IMG/VR virus record: IMGVR_UViG_3300037483_000453
Span: 96,001 to 160,000 of that record
Origin: a virus
Direction: 5' to 3' (one strand)
Length of the DNA stretch: 64,000 bases
Made by a program: the position numbers and the translations under genes. Position 1 is the first letter of the stretch. The number at the start of each line of letters is the position of its first letter. The notes beneath the pieces are model-generated. The model was not told the DNA's origin, ran no database searches, and saw only the letters and a program-made list of their open reading frames with translations. Shown here piece by piece: positions 54,702 through 63,806 of the stretch.

Positions 54702-54960
54702 TTCCGTTAGCCTTTCTAGAGCTTGAGGTAGAGACCGGTGTGGGCTGTGCTTTGCTGCATGCGGCCCCTTCCCGAACCCGTGTCACCAGGATACCGAGTT
54801 GGTCGTCGTTGATCTTGAAGCAGCGCATGGCACTAGTAGGTGCGATGAGCCAGCTCTCTACGGGGAATAGGCTCGCCATGTGCCGATCACCACCCATTGC
54901 GGCCTGAAGAAGAGCGCAGGCCGGGCGGCATAACTCGGTGTCGAATACTATCTTCGCCAT
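54688..54960 (-). CDS. hypothetical protein
   Basis: 90 aa; overlaps the next gene. Confidence 0.6.
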   Translation of the reverse strand: MAKIVFDTELCRPACALLQAAMGGDRHMASLFPVESWLIAPTSAMRCFKINDDQLGILVTRVREGAACSKAQPTPVSTSSSRKANGNEQG

Positions 54961-54993
54961 TTTTCAACCGACCCTTCAGTTTTCGGTGGTCGT

Positions 54994-55224
54994 TCACCTT
55001 CGGAGTACTAGCCAGCCATACAGCTGGTCACAAAGGTAGCAGTAGCGAAGCGTAGAGGTTCCTTTTAGGACTCCTTTGCTCCCGCATGATAGGCAGATCG
55101 GGGAGTGGGCGCGCCTTCGTCTTTCCTGGTTTTCTTCTGTTGTTGGGTCGCAGATGGAGCAGTCTGGCAGTCCAATACCTTTGTGATCGCAGCGTCTTTC
55201 CGGTGTGATGTGGTCTGCTGTCAT
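54994..55224 (-). CDS. small Cys-rich protein
   Basis: ATGA overlap; CSIC, CLSC, CYLC. Confidence 0.55.
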   Translation of the reverse strand: MTADHITPERRCDHKGIGLPDCSICDPTTEENQERRRRAHSPICLSCGSKGVLKGTSTLRYCYLCDQLYGWLVLRR

Positions 55225-55430
55225 GGCTGCACCGGCACCAACCACAACCCGCGAGGGGCCTGGTTCATCAGGAAAACCGTGCGGATCGACTCCAGACTCT
55301 CTGTATCCAAGACGATGTGCTGGGCCTGCGCTGCTTCCGCGAAGCTCATCACCAACCAGGGTTCCCCTACTCCTCTCATATACAATATAGGACGACGTTT
55401 GTTCGGAATCGGCCCCGTGTGGGTCATCAT
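55221..55430 (-). CDS. hypothetical protein
   Basis: AGGAG RBS. Confidence 0.55.
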   Translation of the reverse strand: MMTHTGPIPNKRRPILYMRGVGEPWLVMSFAEAAQAQHIVLDTESLESIRTVFLMNQAPRGLWLVPVQP

Positions 55431-55432
55431 CT

Positions 55433-55615
55433 CTAGTCTCCCTGCGCGCCCTTCAGGCGGTCACGTGCGTAGTTGTTTTCGAAATCCGGAGGCCCTGCGT
55501 CGGCCATGACGATTGCTCGGCATCGCTCGTACTCCTCGATGTCTCCGGGTTGGGCCGGTCGCGCTCCGAGGCGAAGGATCCGTCCGAGTGCAAGGCTTTT
55601 GATGTCAGTGGTCAT
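55433..55615 (-). CDS. hypothetical protein
   Basis: ATGA overlap chain. Confidence 0.55.
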   Translation of the reverse strand: MTTDIKSLALGRILRLGARPAQPGDIEEYERCRAIVMADAGPPDFENNYARDRLKGAQGD

Positions 55616-56277
55616 TGGGGTGATACCCCGTCTTGGTTTTCTGTACGACAGGCTGTGCGAAGGAGTCGGGCCGTCGCTTCGTGCAGTAGTTCGGTGTGGG
55701 ATGTGGTGTTGATTTCGTCCCCCTCCCAGGAGAGGACGGGCGGGATGTAGGATGGTGCGAGAATGAGGGCGGGTTCCTCTTTCTCAGAGAGGCGTTCTGA
55801 GAGGCAGATGGTGATATCGGTAAGGGAGCTGACCGAGTAGAGGGCTCCGCGACACGGTAGGTAGTTGGATCCCTCCAAGAATCTGTAGGATAGTTGCTTG
55901 GTGGCAAACTCTCCTGGGAGGCGTACTAGCAGGTGTTCGGTCCCTTCTACTCGGTCATTGGCGTATGGGAACGAGTACTTCTCCCATTCTTTCCCTTTGC
56001 CGGGGATGTGCTCGACGTACTCCAGGGCTCCATAGAGGACTGTTGAGCGCACGTCGAATCGCTGATTACGAATGTTGCCGGACTTTTTGATGCCTGGTTG
56101 GATGAGTGACGGAGAGTAGATCTGTATCGAGACCTCGTAGCCACCCTCCAGGATAGGGGCGTGTAGTACGCCGATGCCGTAGTAGCGCCAGTGAAGGCGG
56201 GATAGAAGGCGCGCAGTTACGACCTGCGTAGCGCGTATGTTTGTGACTTCTTTGGGTATTGTCATATTAGGCTCCAT
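55612..56277 (-). CDS. hypothetical protein
   Basis: 221 aa in the leftward array. Confidence 0.6.
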   Translation of the reverse strand: MEPNMTIPKEVTNIRATQVVTARLLSRLHWRYYGIGVLHAPILEGGYEVSIQIYSPSLIQPGIKKSGNIRNQRFDVRSTVLYGALEYVEHIPGKGKEWEKYSFPYANDRVEGTEHLLVRLPGEFATKQLSYRFLEGSNYLPCRGALYSVSSLTDITICLSERLSEKEEPALILAPSYIPPVLSWEGDEINTTSHTELLHEATARLLRTACRTENQDGVSPQ

Positions 56278-56516
56278 GCACCGAATCGCTCAATCTCGAA
56301 TAGCCGCTTGCACTCTTTCTCTCGTTCGACATCGTCATGGATGCCTATTGCCTTTTCGAGAGCGGCAGCAATCGCAGGGGTTTCATATGGGCGATGCTTC
56401 TTGTAGAGGCGTACATTAGTGTTCTTTTTCCGTGGGTTGGCCTGGAGATATGCCTCACGACAGTAGCGGGCCATGAGGCTGTGAGCCTTCTTTTCCCATG
56501 GGGTGTTAATTGTCAT
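56262..56516 (-). CDS. hypothetical protein
   Basis: GGAG RBS; 84 aa. Confidence 0.6.
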   Translation of the reverse strand: MTINTPWEKKAHSLMARYCREAYLQANPRKKNTNVRLYKKHRPYETPAIAAALEKAIGIHDDVEREKECKRLFEIERFGAWSLI

Positions 56517-57228
56517 TGCTACGCTCTTTCTTGGTTGAGCTACGGACGCCCATCACCACGTCCTCACCACACTCGACGCATGGCTTTGAGTCCCCAAGTT
56601 TCAGCAAGAGCACCTCAAGGACGCGGTCGAGGTGCTCCTGCGGCCACCAGCCGTCAGCCCCGCAGTCCACCATCTTCTCTCCGTCGGACCGGACGATACG
56701 ACGGCCTGGGACGTGGGAGGCGCAGAAGGCTGCATCTTGGATGGTGGCGTGTGTGTAGCCGCAGGGCCCCACCAGGTGGTCATAACATGCGTACGTCAGG
56801 TCTACGGAAACCTTGTCACGCAGCTCGCCCGCGAACTGGTCAACATCAATCCCGAGAGACTCGGCCGCCTCACCAGGCTCCTCCGCGACAACCTCCTCAT
56901 CCAAGGCGTCGAACAGGGCGTCGTCGAAGTTCTTCTTGTCGGAGGATGCCGTCATTTCGTCCACTCCTTCATCTGAATTATGGTTGCTCATGTCTCTCAG
57001 TACGTCCACTAGCTTGCGCAACGCTTCGGTCACCGCACCGCGTTCGGTATCCGCCCACGAGTACATTTTGTAGCCGTATGCCTGGGCATAGCAGTAGTAC
57101 TCGTCGCCTCCGTATTCGACTCCTAGTGTTAGAGGGACCGATTTGGGGATTACCATCGTGGCGCGCTCTTTCCAGTAGTCACGCTCTACGCGCATTTCAT
57201 TCAACTCAACTTCCGTGTAGTCCTTCAT
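56506..57228 (-). CDS. hypothetical protein, possibly a fusion of two or three small ORFs
   Basis: GGAAAGG RBS before MKDYTEV; internal GGAG...ATG at MTASSDKK. Confidence 0.55.
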   Translation of the reverse strand: MKDYTEVELNEMRVERDYWKERATMVIPKSVPLTLGVEYGGDEYYCYAQAYGYKMYSWADTERGAVTEALRKLVDVLRDMSNHNSDEGVDEMTASSDKKNFDDALFDALDEEVVAEEPGEAAESLGIDVDQFAGELRDKVSVDLTYACYDHLVGPCGYTHATIQDAAFCASHVPGRRIVRSDGEKMVDCGADGWWPQEHLDRVLEVLLLKLGDSKPCVECGEDVVMGVRSSTKKERSNDN

Positions 57229-57259
57229 CACTTCACCTTTCCTTGGCCATCCATAGCGT

Positions 57260-57454
57260 TCACCGATCGTGCTCCAAGTGCGACGGCTCACACGCTTGCG
57301 AGGTATTGCCGTGACAGTGGTTGAACTTGACGAACACGTACTTCTCGTTGGTGCTCGTCACTCGGCCGTATTCAGCAAGAGCCGTGTATCGATCGCGGTA
57401 AATGACCTTGTCGCCTGGGTGGAAATCTCTGGTACCTGGTGGGGAGTCATTCAT
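57260..57454 (-). CDS. small SH3/KOW-like hypothetical protein
   Basis: FHPGDKVIYR...GRVTSTNEKYVFVKF; ATGA overlap. Confidence 0.6.
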   Translation of the reverse strand: MNDSPPGTRDFHPGDKVIYRDRYTALAEYGRVTSTNEKYVFVKFNHCHGNTSQACEPSHLEHDR

Positions 57455-57914
57455 CACTCTGGCCTCTCTCCGTGTGGAGCATCCCAGACCCGTGACATAG
57501 CCGGCAGCGAAATGGATCTGCGCCACACGCGACGCGAACGGCCTCGCCGGATGTGAGGTCGCGCCACTTACCGACATAGTCGACCTCGGTCTCCTCGGGA
57601 TGTTCCCAGTTCCCCCGGGACTCCACGATGCGCCCCTCCCACACACGTAGTCCTCCGTTGCGACCCCGCTCTGGGCCGAGGAAGGCGCCCTCCAGTTCTC
57701 CGGAGGTCCAGACATCCCCCGCGTCAATACCTCCCTCCTCCATGCCGAGGCGTAGGCCACAACTCGCCGTGACGACCACTGCGCCATTGCCGACAGCAGA
57801 CATTGCGATGACCGCGCGCTGTGGTCCGCCCACGCCGGGGCAAAGATCGGCGGGGCGTGCAGGATCCCGAAACAGGCCTTCCAGGCCGCAGGATGTCTCA
57901 GCTGTGTTGCTCAT
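57447..57914 (-). CDS. hypothetical protein
   Basis: ATGA overlap; GAGG RBS. Confidence 0.55.
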   Translation of the reverse strand: MSNTAETSCGLEGLFRDPARPADLCPGVGGPQRAVIAMSAVGNGAVVVTASCGLRLGMEEGGIDAGDVWTSGELEGAFLGPERGRNGGLRVWEGRIVESRGNWEHPEETEVDYVGKWRDLTSGEAVRVACGADPFRCRLCHGSGMLHTERGQSDE

Positions 57915-58225
57915 AAGACCTCGCTTTCAACTTCCGCATTTGCTCTGCCTAGCTGCGCCCAATCTAATGCGTCTTGCCCCGCCAGGCGCCTCCCGCCCAC
58001 AAACTGGACATAGGCCTCGTCGATATGACCGTGGCCACAACAGGCGTTCACGACGCCATCTAGAACACCCAAGCAAGGGTCGTGCCCCTCCGCGGTCCGA
58101 GGCTCATGGCACTTGCCGCACGGGCGGTCGTTTCCGGCAGTGGGCTCATCGTTGTCCGCGTACCGCCAGATCCATCCACCAGCAGCATCAAGCCAAATGG
58201 TGTGGCCTCGAAGGTGGTGGATCAC
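57911..58225 (-). CDS. Cys/His-rich phage hypothetical protein
   Basis: GTGA overlap; RPCGKCH...GHDPCLG...NACCGHG. Confidence 0.65.
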   Translation of the reverse strand: MIHHLRGHTIWLDAAGGWIWRYADNDEPTAGNDRPCGKCHEPRTAEGHDPCLGVLDGVVNACCGHGHIDEAYVQFVGGRRLAGQDALDWAQLGRANAEVESEVL

Positions 58226-58851
58226 CTCCGCCTCTCGACAACGCGCTTGGCCATCCACTCCCAGTACTGGTTCAGGAGCTTCCATTGGCAGACCTGCCAA
58301 CCACGCTCCGGGTCGTGCTCCAGGAGGAGGAGTGCCGCCTTGTTCTGGTCCTCGCCCTGCTCGAGGACGGCGGACGGCGGGCCCTTGCCGTGCCCGCAGC
58401 ACGAGGAGGCCGTCCAGATCTTGTGCTTCCAGAGCATCTCGATCTGTTCGGCGATGCAGGCGTCGACTGCAACTTGACGCGCCGGAGCGTCCCACGCGAA
58501 GTACTCGTTCGGATCCATGATGACCTGCGGCACCGTTCCGAACTGCCCGTTGTAGGAGAAGCAGTCGCACTTCCTCGGCGGCTTGGGCGCGGGGACCGGA
58601 AGATGGGTGTGGATGTCGCACACCTCGCAACCCGGCAATCCGCTCCCTTCGTGAGTGCGTTCCCCGAGATTCATCATGGCGTTCGCCTCGTCCAGCAGAG
58701 CCATCATCCGGCCTTGCAACTTCGGCTGACGAACGTCGAAGAACACACAACCGTGGTCCGTCTCGTGCCGATCGCGTGGCTCATGATCAGCACGCAGGAT
58801 GCACGGCGAGTCATGGTCGCATTTCTTCCCGCAGCCGGTGTCTGGATTCAT
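58222..58851 (-). CDS. Cys/His-rich phage hypothetical protein
   Basis: AGGAGG RBS; CDCFSYN...VDACIA...TASSCCGHG. Confidence 0.7.
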   Translation of the reverse strand: MNPDTGCGKKCDHDSPCILRADHEPRDRHETDHGCVFFDVRQPKLQGRMMALLDEANAMMNLGERTHEGSGLPGCEVCDIHTHLPVPAPKPPRKCDCFSYNGQFGTVPQVIMDPNEYFAWDAPARQVAVDACIAEQIEMLWKHKIWTASSCCGHGKGPPSAVLEQGEDQNKAALLLLEHDPERGWQVCQWKLLNQYWEWMAKRVVERRR

Positions 58852-58863
58852 TCTGGCTACCTC

Positions 58864-58998
58864 CTAGTAGTTGGTGACGACGACTTCGGTGACGCGGCCG
58901 CGCTTGCTCGCCAGGCAGTGCTCGACCATCGCGATAGTCAGGACTACCGCAAAGCTGAACGCCACTATTGCGACGCGTACTGTTCGTGCTCCAGTCAC
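58864..58998 (-). CDS. 44-aa membrane peptide (below the ORF-track cutoff)
   Basis: GTG ACT GGA...; MTGARTVRVAIVAFSFAVVLTIAMVEHCLASKRGRVTEVVVTNY; fills the gap between flanking genes. Confidence 0.5.
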   Translation of the reverse strand: MTGARTVRVAIVAFSFAVVLTIAMVEHCLASKRGRVTEVVVTNY

Positions 58999-59001
58999 GG
59001 C

Positions 59002-59163
59002 TCAATGGTCCCCTGGAGCGTCAGGATGGATTGGACAGAGGCTGTCGGGATGCACATGTGGCCGGCCTGAGAGGGAGCAAGCCGTGTCCGGATCTTCTGC
59101 GCAGTCGATAATACAACGACAGTCAAGCTCATCGTAGTATTTCATATACTCATATTCAAACAT
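59002..59163 (-). CDS. small Cys/His-rich protein
   Basis: AGGAG RBS; CRCIIDC...C...HVH...CPIH. Confidence 0.55.
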   Translation of the reverse strand: MFEYEYMKYYDELDCRCIIDCAEDPDTACSLSGRPHVHPDSLCPIHPDAPGDH

Positions 59164-59371
59164 CAGGTTTCTCCTGGATCCTTGCAACGGCACCGCCCAA
59201 TATCAGTACCTTCATATCGTTGTGGGAGAATCCGTACAGTGGCCGGCCACCATCTGCCGCTGCACCCACGAGCTCGTAGCCATCGCGTATTCGGGAGTAG
59301 CCGGCTCGAACTTCCCACCCACACGCTCGTAAAGTGCGCTCCGCACTCTCCGCTCGATCTTTTGTCATCAT
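59156..59371 (-). CDS. hypothetical protein
   Basis: ATGA overlap chain. Confidence 0.55.
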   Translation of the reverse strand: MMTKDRAESAERTLRACGWEVRAGYSRIRDGYELVGAAADGGRPLYGFSHNDMKVLILGGAVARIQEKPDV

Positions 59372-59607
59372 TGTTCAGCTATCCTTTGTACGCCGTTAGC
59401 GCGAGACATACCGAGCCCATAGACCGCCTTAGTCAGACAGGTAGTCCCCCAGCCATCGTTGCCCCTCCAGGCGGGGTCCGGGCAGCCGACCAGGCCGGCT
59501 AGCCCGCGTCGCACTATGAGGCTATCCACAGCCTGCGTGAGTGTCTGTTTGTGATCCTTCATCTCGCCCGGTGGCTGCCGACTCTCTACTTCGATGTAGT
59601 TTGGCAT
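59368..59607 (-). CDS. hypothetical protein
   Basis: Start chosen at ATG 59607 (MPNYIEV). Confidence 0.5.
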   Translation of the reverse strand: MPNYIEVESRQPPGEMKDHKQTLTQAVDSLIVRRGLAGLVGCPDPAWRGNDGWGTTCLTKAVYGLGMSRANGVQRIAEQ

Positions 59608-59691
59608 TTTATCTTTGTTACTTATACCCACGGTATGTCCTCCAGATCGTAGCGAACAAAATCAACCACCCTAGCAGTGACCACCAAAACA

Positions 59692-60270
59692 CTACTCGAA
59701 CTCCCGGTCGAGATAGTCAGCTAGTTCTTTCCTTTTTCTATCCATCTTATCTCCGATTCTTCGCGCCCGTAGCTGGTACGCACGCCATGCGCGTGTGTCA
59801 ACACACATCTTGCGTGGGCGAAGGCACCCACGCTTTGTCAGCCAGTTCTTTCGTATGGCCAGTTGAACAGACTCGCGCCAATAATCCCTACGCAGGAATG
59901 CATCACTGATCCCAATGTCCCCTTGCTCTCCATACAGTGAGTAGCCTGCAAAGGTCGCCCTACACAGTTCATACTCTGAAGGAACTAAACGCTGCATCAG
60001 CCTCCACTGCACAGGCATCAATATCTTCTCGCTGTGGAGGGAATTGGGGCCTACTAACGCGTGACACAGTTCGTGGAGCACAGCATCATGGTAGCTAAAC
60101 CCCTGCAGGTATCCAATGCTCAGGTCCCCGGTTACCGCATGTTGTAGTAAGTGGGCTCCACCGGGTATATCATCCCCAACAAGCTTCCACTGCATGCCGC
60201 GTCGTGGCCGTACAGGTAGATACTGCCTAGCCAGTTTCAGAACGGTAGTCAGCCGGTTTTGTTGTGTCAT
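59692..60270 (-). CDS. hypothetical protein with HELCH (HExxH-like) motif
   Basis: AVLHELCHALVG; GGAG RBS. Confidence 0.6.
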   Translation of the reverse strand: MTQQNRLTTVLKLARQYLPVRPRRGMQWKLVGDDIPGGAHLLQHAVTGDLSIGYLQGFSYHDAVLHELCHALVGPNSLHSEKILMPVQWRLMQRLVPSEYELCRATFAGYSLYGEQGDIGISDAFLRRDYWRESVQLAIRKNWLTKRGCLRPRKMCVDTRAWRAYQLRARRIGDKMDRKRKELADYLDREFE

Positions 60271-60643
60271 CTTTTCTCCGCTTCTCGTCGCCCTGACCAG
60301 AGTTGCCTAGGAGTTCGGAGGCTTCTTCATTTGAGATCAGGGGCAATCGGGCAATCTCTTCAGGGGGTTTTTCACCCCACTCTTCCACATACTCGAGGCC
60401 ACAATCCAACTTCTCCTCCGGCCACATATCCCCTGGGGATAGCCCGCGCAGGTGCTCGTGGGTTTTTTGGCAGGCACCGCAGCGTTTTACGGTCTTGGCC
60501 GTAGAGTCCCACACCATGCTCACCCGCATGTAGAGCTGCCCAGGCGCGATAGTCCGCTTGCAGGCGTCACAATGGTGGTGTTTACGCGCTTTGGTGACGT
60601 GCTCTGAGTACACGCTGTATCGTTCGTCAGTATAGTAACTCAT
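60227..60643 (-). CDS. Zn-binding phage hypothetical protein
   Basis: KARKHHHCDACKRTIAPGQLY...CGAC. Confidence 0.7.
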   Translation of the reverse strand: MSYYTDERYSVYSEHVTKARKHHHCDACKRTIAPGQLYMRVSMVWDSTAKTVKRCGACQKTHEHLRGLSPGDMWPEEKLDCGLEYVEEWGEKPPEEIARLPLISNEEASELLGNSGQGDEKRRKDDTTKPADYRSETG

Positions 60644-60655
60644 TGGTCTAGTTGC

Positions 60656-61138
60656 TTATACGCTCGTTGGTCCGCCGCATATCCTCTTCTTCCAGTCTTC
60701 TACTAAATGCCGTGACTCCAGTGCGGCGGTTACCCAGTCAACATCATGTTCGTGGCACCTTACGCGGTGTATCCTATTGGTAGTGTCAATCACCCACACA
60801 TATTTGCTGTTTCGACGCATTCGCTGAGTGTAAAACCTATCGCCAGCCATACCGTGGTCTCCTATGAGGTTTTCGCGAACAACCACATCTGTGTCCTTTT
60901 TGGCTCTGGCTAGCAGGATGCCTCGTGCCCACACCGTATCGCGTTCACCAGCGCACCTTGCTGCCCGGGCGATGTCATCCCGTTCGGATTTGGTAAGGCG
61001 CAGCGCGAACACCACATCTCTGTCCTTGCTTTTTGATTTCATGATGATGTCCTTAGGGGCCACGGCTTCGTTCCAGGCTTGGAAAGCTTGCGAGCGTGTA
61101 CCACCAACGAGAGGAGGTTCTATCTTTGTTTTGGCCAT
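60656..61138 (-). CDS. hypothetical protein with an RHH/MobC-like segment
   Basis: GGGAGAG RBS; VVFALRLTKSERDDIARAA. Confidence 0.6.
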   Translation of the reverse strand: MAKTKIEPPLVGGTRSQAFQAWNEAVAPKDIIMKSKSKDRDVVFALRLTKSERDDIARAARCAGERDTVWARGILLARAKKDTDVVVRENLIGDHGMAGDRFYTQRMRRNSKYVWVIDTTNRIHRVRCHEHDVDWVTAALESRHLVEDWKKRICGGPTSV

Positions 61139-61177
61139 GTGTAGCTCTCCCTGTGCTCACTTTGACTCTGGGTAAGC

Positions 61178-61601
61178 TCAGTGTCTTTCAACCAACCCGC
61201 CTTCGGCAGCGATCCTTAGTGCCAGGTGCAGTGGCTCACCTTCGTCCGAAACCGCTGCTGCTGATATCCCGGACATGTAGTCACTCGGCTCCGAAGACTG
61301 ACGCGCGATGACCGTGGGGTGCCCACTTTGACCACAGTAGTACAGGTCGCAACCAAGTCCGTGGGGCCAAGAAACGACAGCAATCCGAGTCATGCTTGAA
61401 GCGCGGCGTGCGAACGCTCTCCAAGCCGTCCTGGAGATAGAGCCGCAGTAGCCATGGGAGCTGGACGTCGATGGTCCTCGGGTCGATCTCATCGGGCACG
61501 ATTTGTGTGTCATCGACGTTCACGTCATCTGGAATGTCGCCTCTCTCTTGGAGTTTCCGCAGAAAGTCCACCGTAGCCGCGCGCATGTGCGTGTGCGTCA
61601 C
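61178..61601 (-). pseudogene. frameshifted phage hypothetical gene
   Basis: PRFKHDSDCCRFL in one frame continues as PHGLGCDLYYC...PTVIAR..S.PSDYMSG in another frame, with the break at ~61367. Confidence 0.55.
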
Positions 61602-61699
61602 AACGGTTGTTTTGACGCCTGGGGAAAGGCATGCGAGAGATGTGTTTCAATCGCTCGATGTACCCTGTCACCACTCTTGTTTTTAGTCATTGTTCCCTC

Positions 61700-62005
61700 C
61701 TACAGCATGTCTTTTGGCTGTATGGTCTCTGGACCAGACTCGTCCCAACCTCGTCGTGTCATCTCTGCGCCATCGCATATTCCGCACCGCATCTCAGCTA
61801 TCGGCCGTACGATGGCTTGACCATCCGATCGCGCGATGAAGACACGCCCGCAGAGTGATATGTAGCGAGCCGTCTTGCCGCTGCGGAGCTTGAAGCGGTC
61901 TGGCTCAGCCAGGTTCTTGAAACAATGCCACAGCGCACATGGATCCCCATCAGCGAGTAGCCCTGGTCGACGCCAGTAGAGCTTGTCTCTGAATCCGCTA
62001 CTCAT
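61700..62005 (-). CDS. hypothetical protein
   Basis: ATGA overlap; WHCF...LCG...CGIC. Confidence 0.6.
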   Translation of the reverse strand: MSSGFRDKLYWRRPGLLADGDPCALWHCFKNLAEPDRFKLRSGKTARYISLCGRVFIARSDGQAIVRPIAEMRCGICDGAEMTRRGWDESGPETIQPKDML

Positions 62006-62439
62006 TTCAGGCAGCGCGGTAGGTAACGCTTAGCCCACCCTGGCGGCGCATCCGATGTCTCGCTCTGTGCTCCCAGGGAACTCTTGATTGAGTCGAGCAA
62101 CTCGCCCCGGCGCTCGGCCGTCTGCCGGAACGAGTCGGCCGCCTGGCGCGCCTTGTGGAGGCGGTACACCAGCATGTCTACCGGATTATGGTCCGGGTCT
62201 ACCGGCTCAACCCCAATAGCGTCCGCTGCAACACCGCAGCCGACACACAGCGCGATGTGCTTCTCGGCCGCCTCCAAGTTGTAGACGCCCGCCTTTGTGA
62301 TGTCATGGGTGGGGCCGCTCCAATCCCAACCGTACCAGTACCAGATCTCCTGGATGCCCCTGTGGTTGGGTTTCCAACAGACACGGACTTTGTACGGGGT
62401 CCACTCCTCGATCAATCGATCGATATCGCTGGTTATCAT
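62002..62439 (-). CDS. hypothetical protein
   Basis: GGGAGG RBS before MITSDID; ATGA overlap. Confidence 0.6.
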   Translation of the reverse strand: MITSDIDRLIEEWTPYKVRVCWKPNHRGIQEIWYWYGWDWSGPTHDITKAGVYNLEAAEKHIALCVGCGVAADAIGVEPVDPDHNPVDMLVYRLHKARQAADSFRQTAERRGELLDSIKSSLGAQSETSDAPPGWAKRYLPRCLK

Positions 62440-62834
62440 GGCACCTCCCTGAAGATCTCTTGCAACGAGATCATGTCGTTCTCCGCTCCCGCGCGACGCA
62501 GCCGGTGGGCAACCGCCCAACCCTTGTTGGTCATCCTGACATTCTGGGGGAGTGAGGGTTTGGACGGCCATTCCAGCAGACCAGCTGCCTTGAGGTCATA
62601 GAGGCAGTCCCAGTCGTCGTGATCGTATAGCTCGGACCCGTCCGCCAGACGCGTCGGGTATGCCCCGCCGCTTAGGGCAGCCGGGTGCGACCGTGTGGGA
62701 TGCGAACGCATGTGCTGGGGTGCGACGGCCCCCTTGTAGTCCACACACCGGGTTTCGATGTAGAGCAGCGTGATGATGTGGTCCTTACCCCACAACTCCA
62801 CCGGGACCGGGTTGCCGTCGTGTTTTACAACCAT
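62436..62834 (-). CDS. phage hypothetical protein
   Basis: GAGGAGGAG RBS; WGKDH...YIETRCVD...YPTRL...HDDWDCL. Confidence 0.7.
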   Translation of the reverse strand: MVVKHDGNPVPVELWGKDHIITLLYIETRCVDYKGAVAPQHMRSHPTRSHPAALSGGAYPTRLADGSELYDHDDWDCLYDLKAAGLLEWPSKPSLPQNVRMTNKGWAVAHRLRRAGAENDMISLQEIFREVP

Positions 62835-62891
62835 GTTCTCCTCCTCTTGCATGATGCGCTTGGTGTGCCCCGTTGATCTCCAGCCACATCT

Positions 62892-63584
62892 CTACTCGGC
62901 GGACGCTAGTAGCAGCCTGTGGAGCGCTATCGACAACGCTTCGTCCCCAATATCACAACCCCAGAACCGGCGATCGAGGTTCATCGCGGCCACGCCCGTG
63001 CTACCCGAACCACAGAACGGGTCGATGACGAGCTCGCCGACTGCGCTACTCTGTCGGATAAGGATCTCACTGACCTCGACCGGCTTCTCCGTCGGGTAGC
63101 CCTTGTGGACGCGCGGCGCCTCAATGATGTCTGGCACGCCAAGGTTATTGAGTTTCCGCTTGCCCTTCTCGAAAAACAGAATCATCTCGTACCGGGCGCG
63201 GTAGTGGTAGCCCATGCCGATCTTCCGCTTGTCCCAGATCAATGGCTTCCAGAAGCGGAACCCCGCCTCTTCTGCGAGCGGCTTTGCGACGAACATGGTC
63301 TCTTGGTCACAGAACATGTAGAAGTGAGTGTTCTTTTTGAGCACACGCCAAACCTCCCTGAACAGTTCGGGAAACCTATCGTTCGGAAAGATGGCGAACC
63401 AGTCGTTGCTGGACGACTTGCTGTGTTTGAGGCGCGTGGTGGTACCAATCTTCCGATGCTTCTCCAGTGACTCGTACGGGGGATCGGTGATGAGGAGATC
63501 GACCGAGGCGTCGGGCAGACTGCGAAGCATGTCGACCGCGTCGGCTTGATGGAGGCTGAAGCTGGGATTTATGATGAGTACCAT
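62892..63584 (-). CDS. N4-C/N6-A DNA methyltransferase (beta class)
   Basis: DLLITDPPY (motif IV), PTEKPVE, VIDPFCGSGSTGVAA (motif I). Confidence 0.92.
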   Translation of the reverse strand: MVLIINPSFSLHQADAVDMLRSLPDASVDLLITDPPYESLEKHRKIGTTTRLKHSKSSSNDWFAIFPNDRFPELFREVWRVLKKNTHFYMFCDQETMFVAKPLAEEAGFRFWKPLIWDKRKIGMGYHYRARYEMILFFEKGKRKLNNLGVPDIIEAPRVHKGYPTEKPVEVSEILIRQSSAVGELVIDPFCGSGSTGVAAMNLDRRFWGCDIGDEALSIALHRLLLASAE

Positions 63585-63806
63585 TTATGGCTGCTCTCCC
63601 CTGCTGAGTGTCACCAACCATTCGTCGCGCTGGTCGGCGGTGATGTCGACTCCGTAGCACGCCGCCCACGCAGCCCACTCGGGGTTCTGCGCACATAGCT
63701 CCCCGACAGTGCGCGGCTGCTCACGCAGCCACTTCAGTGCCTCGCAGCACGCGCTTATCTGCTCTGCTGCGTTGATTTGTTCAGGTGTGATGATTGTGTT
63801 TTTCAT
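63585..63806 (-). CDS. hypothetical protein
   Basis: GGGAAAAGAG upstream of MKNTII; abuts the methyltransferase start. Confidence 0.6.
   Translation of the reverse strand: MKNTIITPEQINAAEQISACCEALKWLREQPRTVGELCAQNPEWAAWAACYGVDITADQRDEWLVTLSRGEQP

Noticed and set aside
56337-57314. 325-aa plus-strand ORF
   Set aside because: Antisense shadow with Arg/Pro/Ser low-complexity composition
57628-59070. 480-aa plus-strand ORF
   Set aside because: Antisense shadow of several RBS-bearing, overlap-chained minus-strand genes in GC-rich DNA; Arg/Pro-rich non-protein-like composition
62919-63470. 183-aa ORF antisense to the methyltransferase
   Set aside because: In-register antisense ORFs are common opposite GC-rich genes; no RBS or motif
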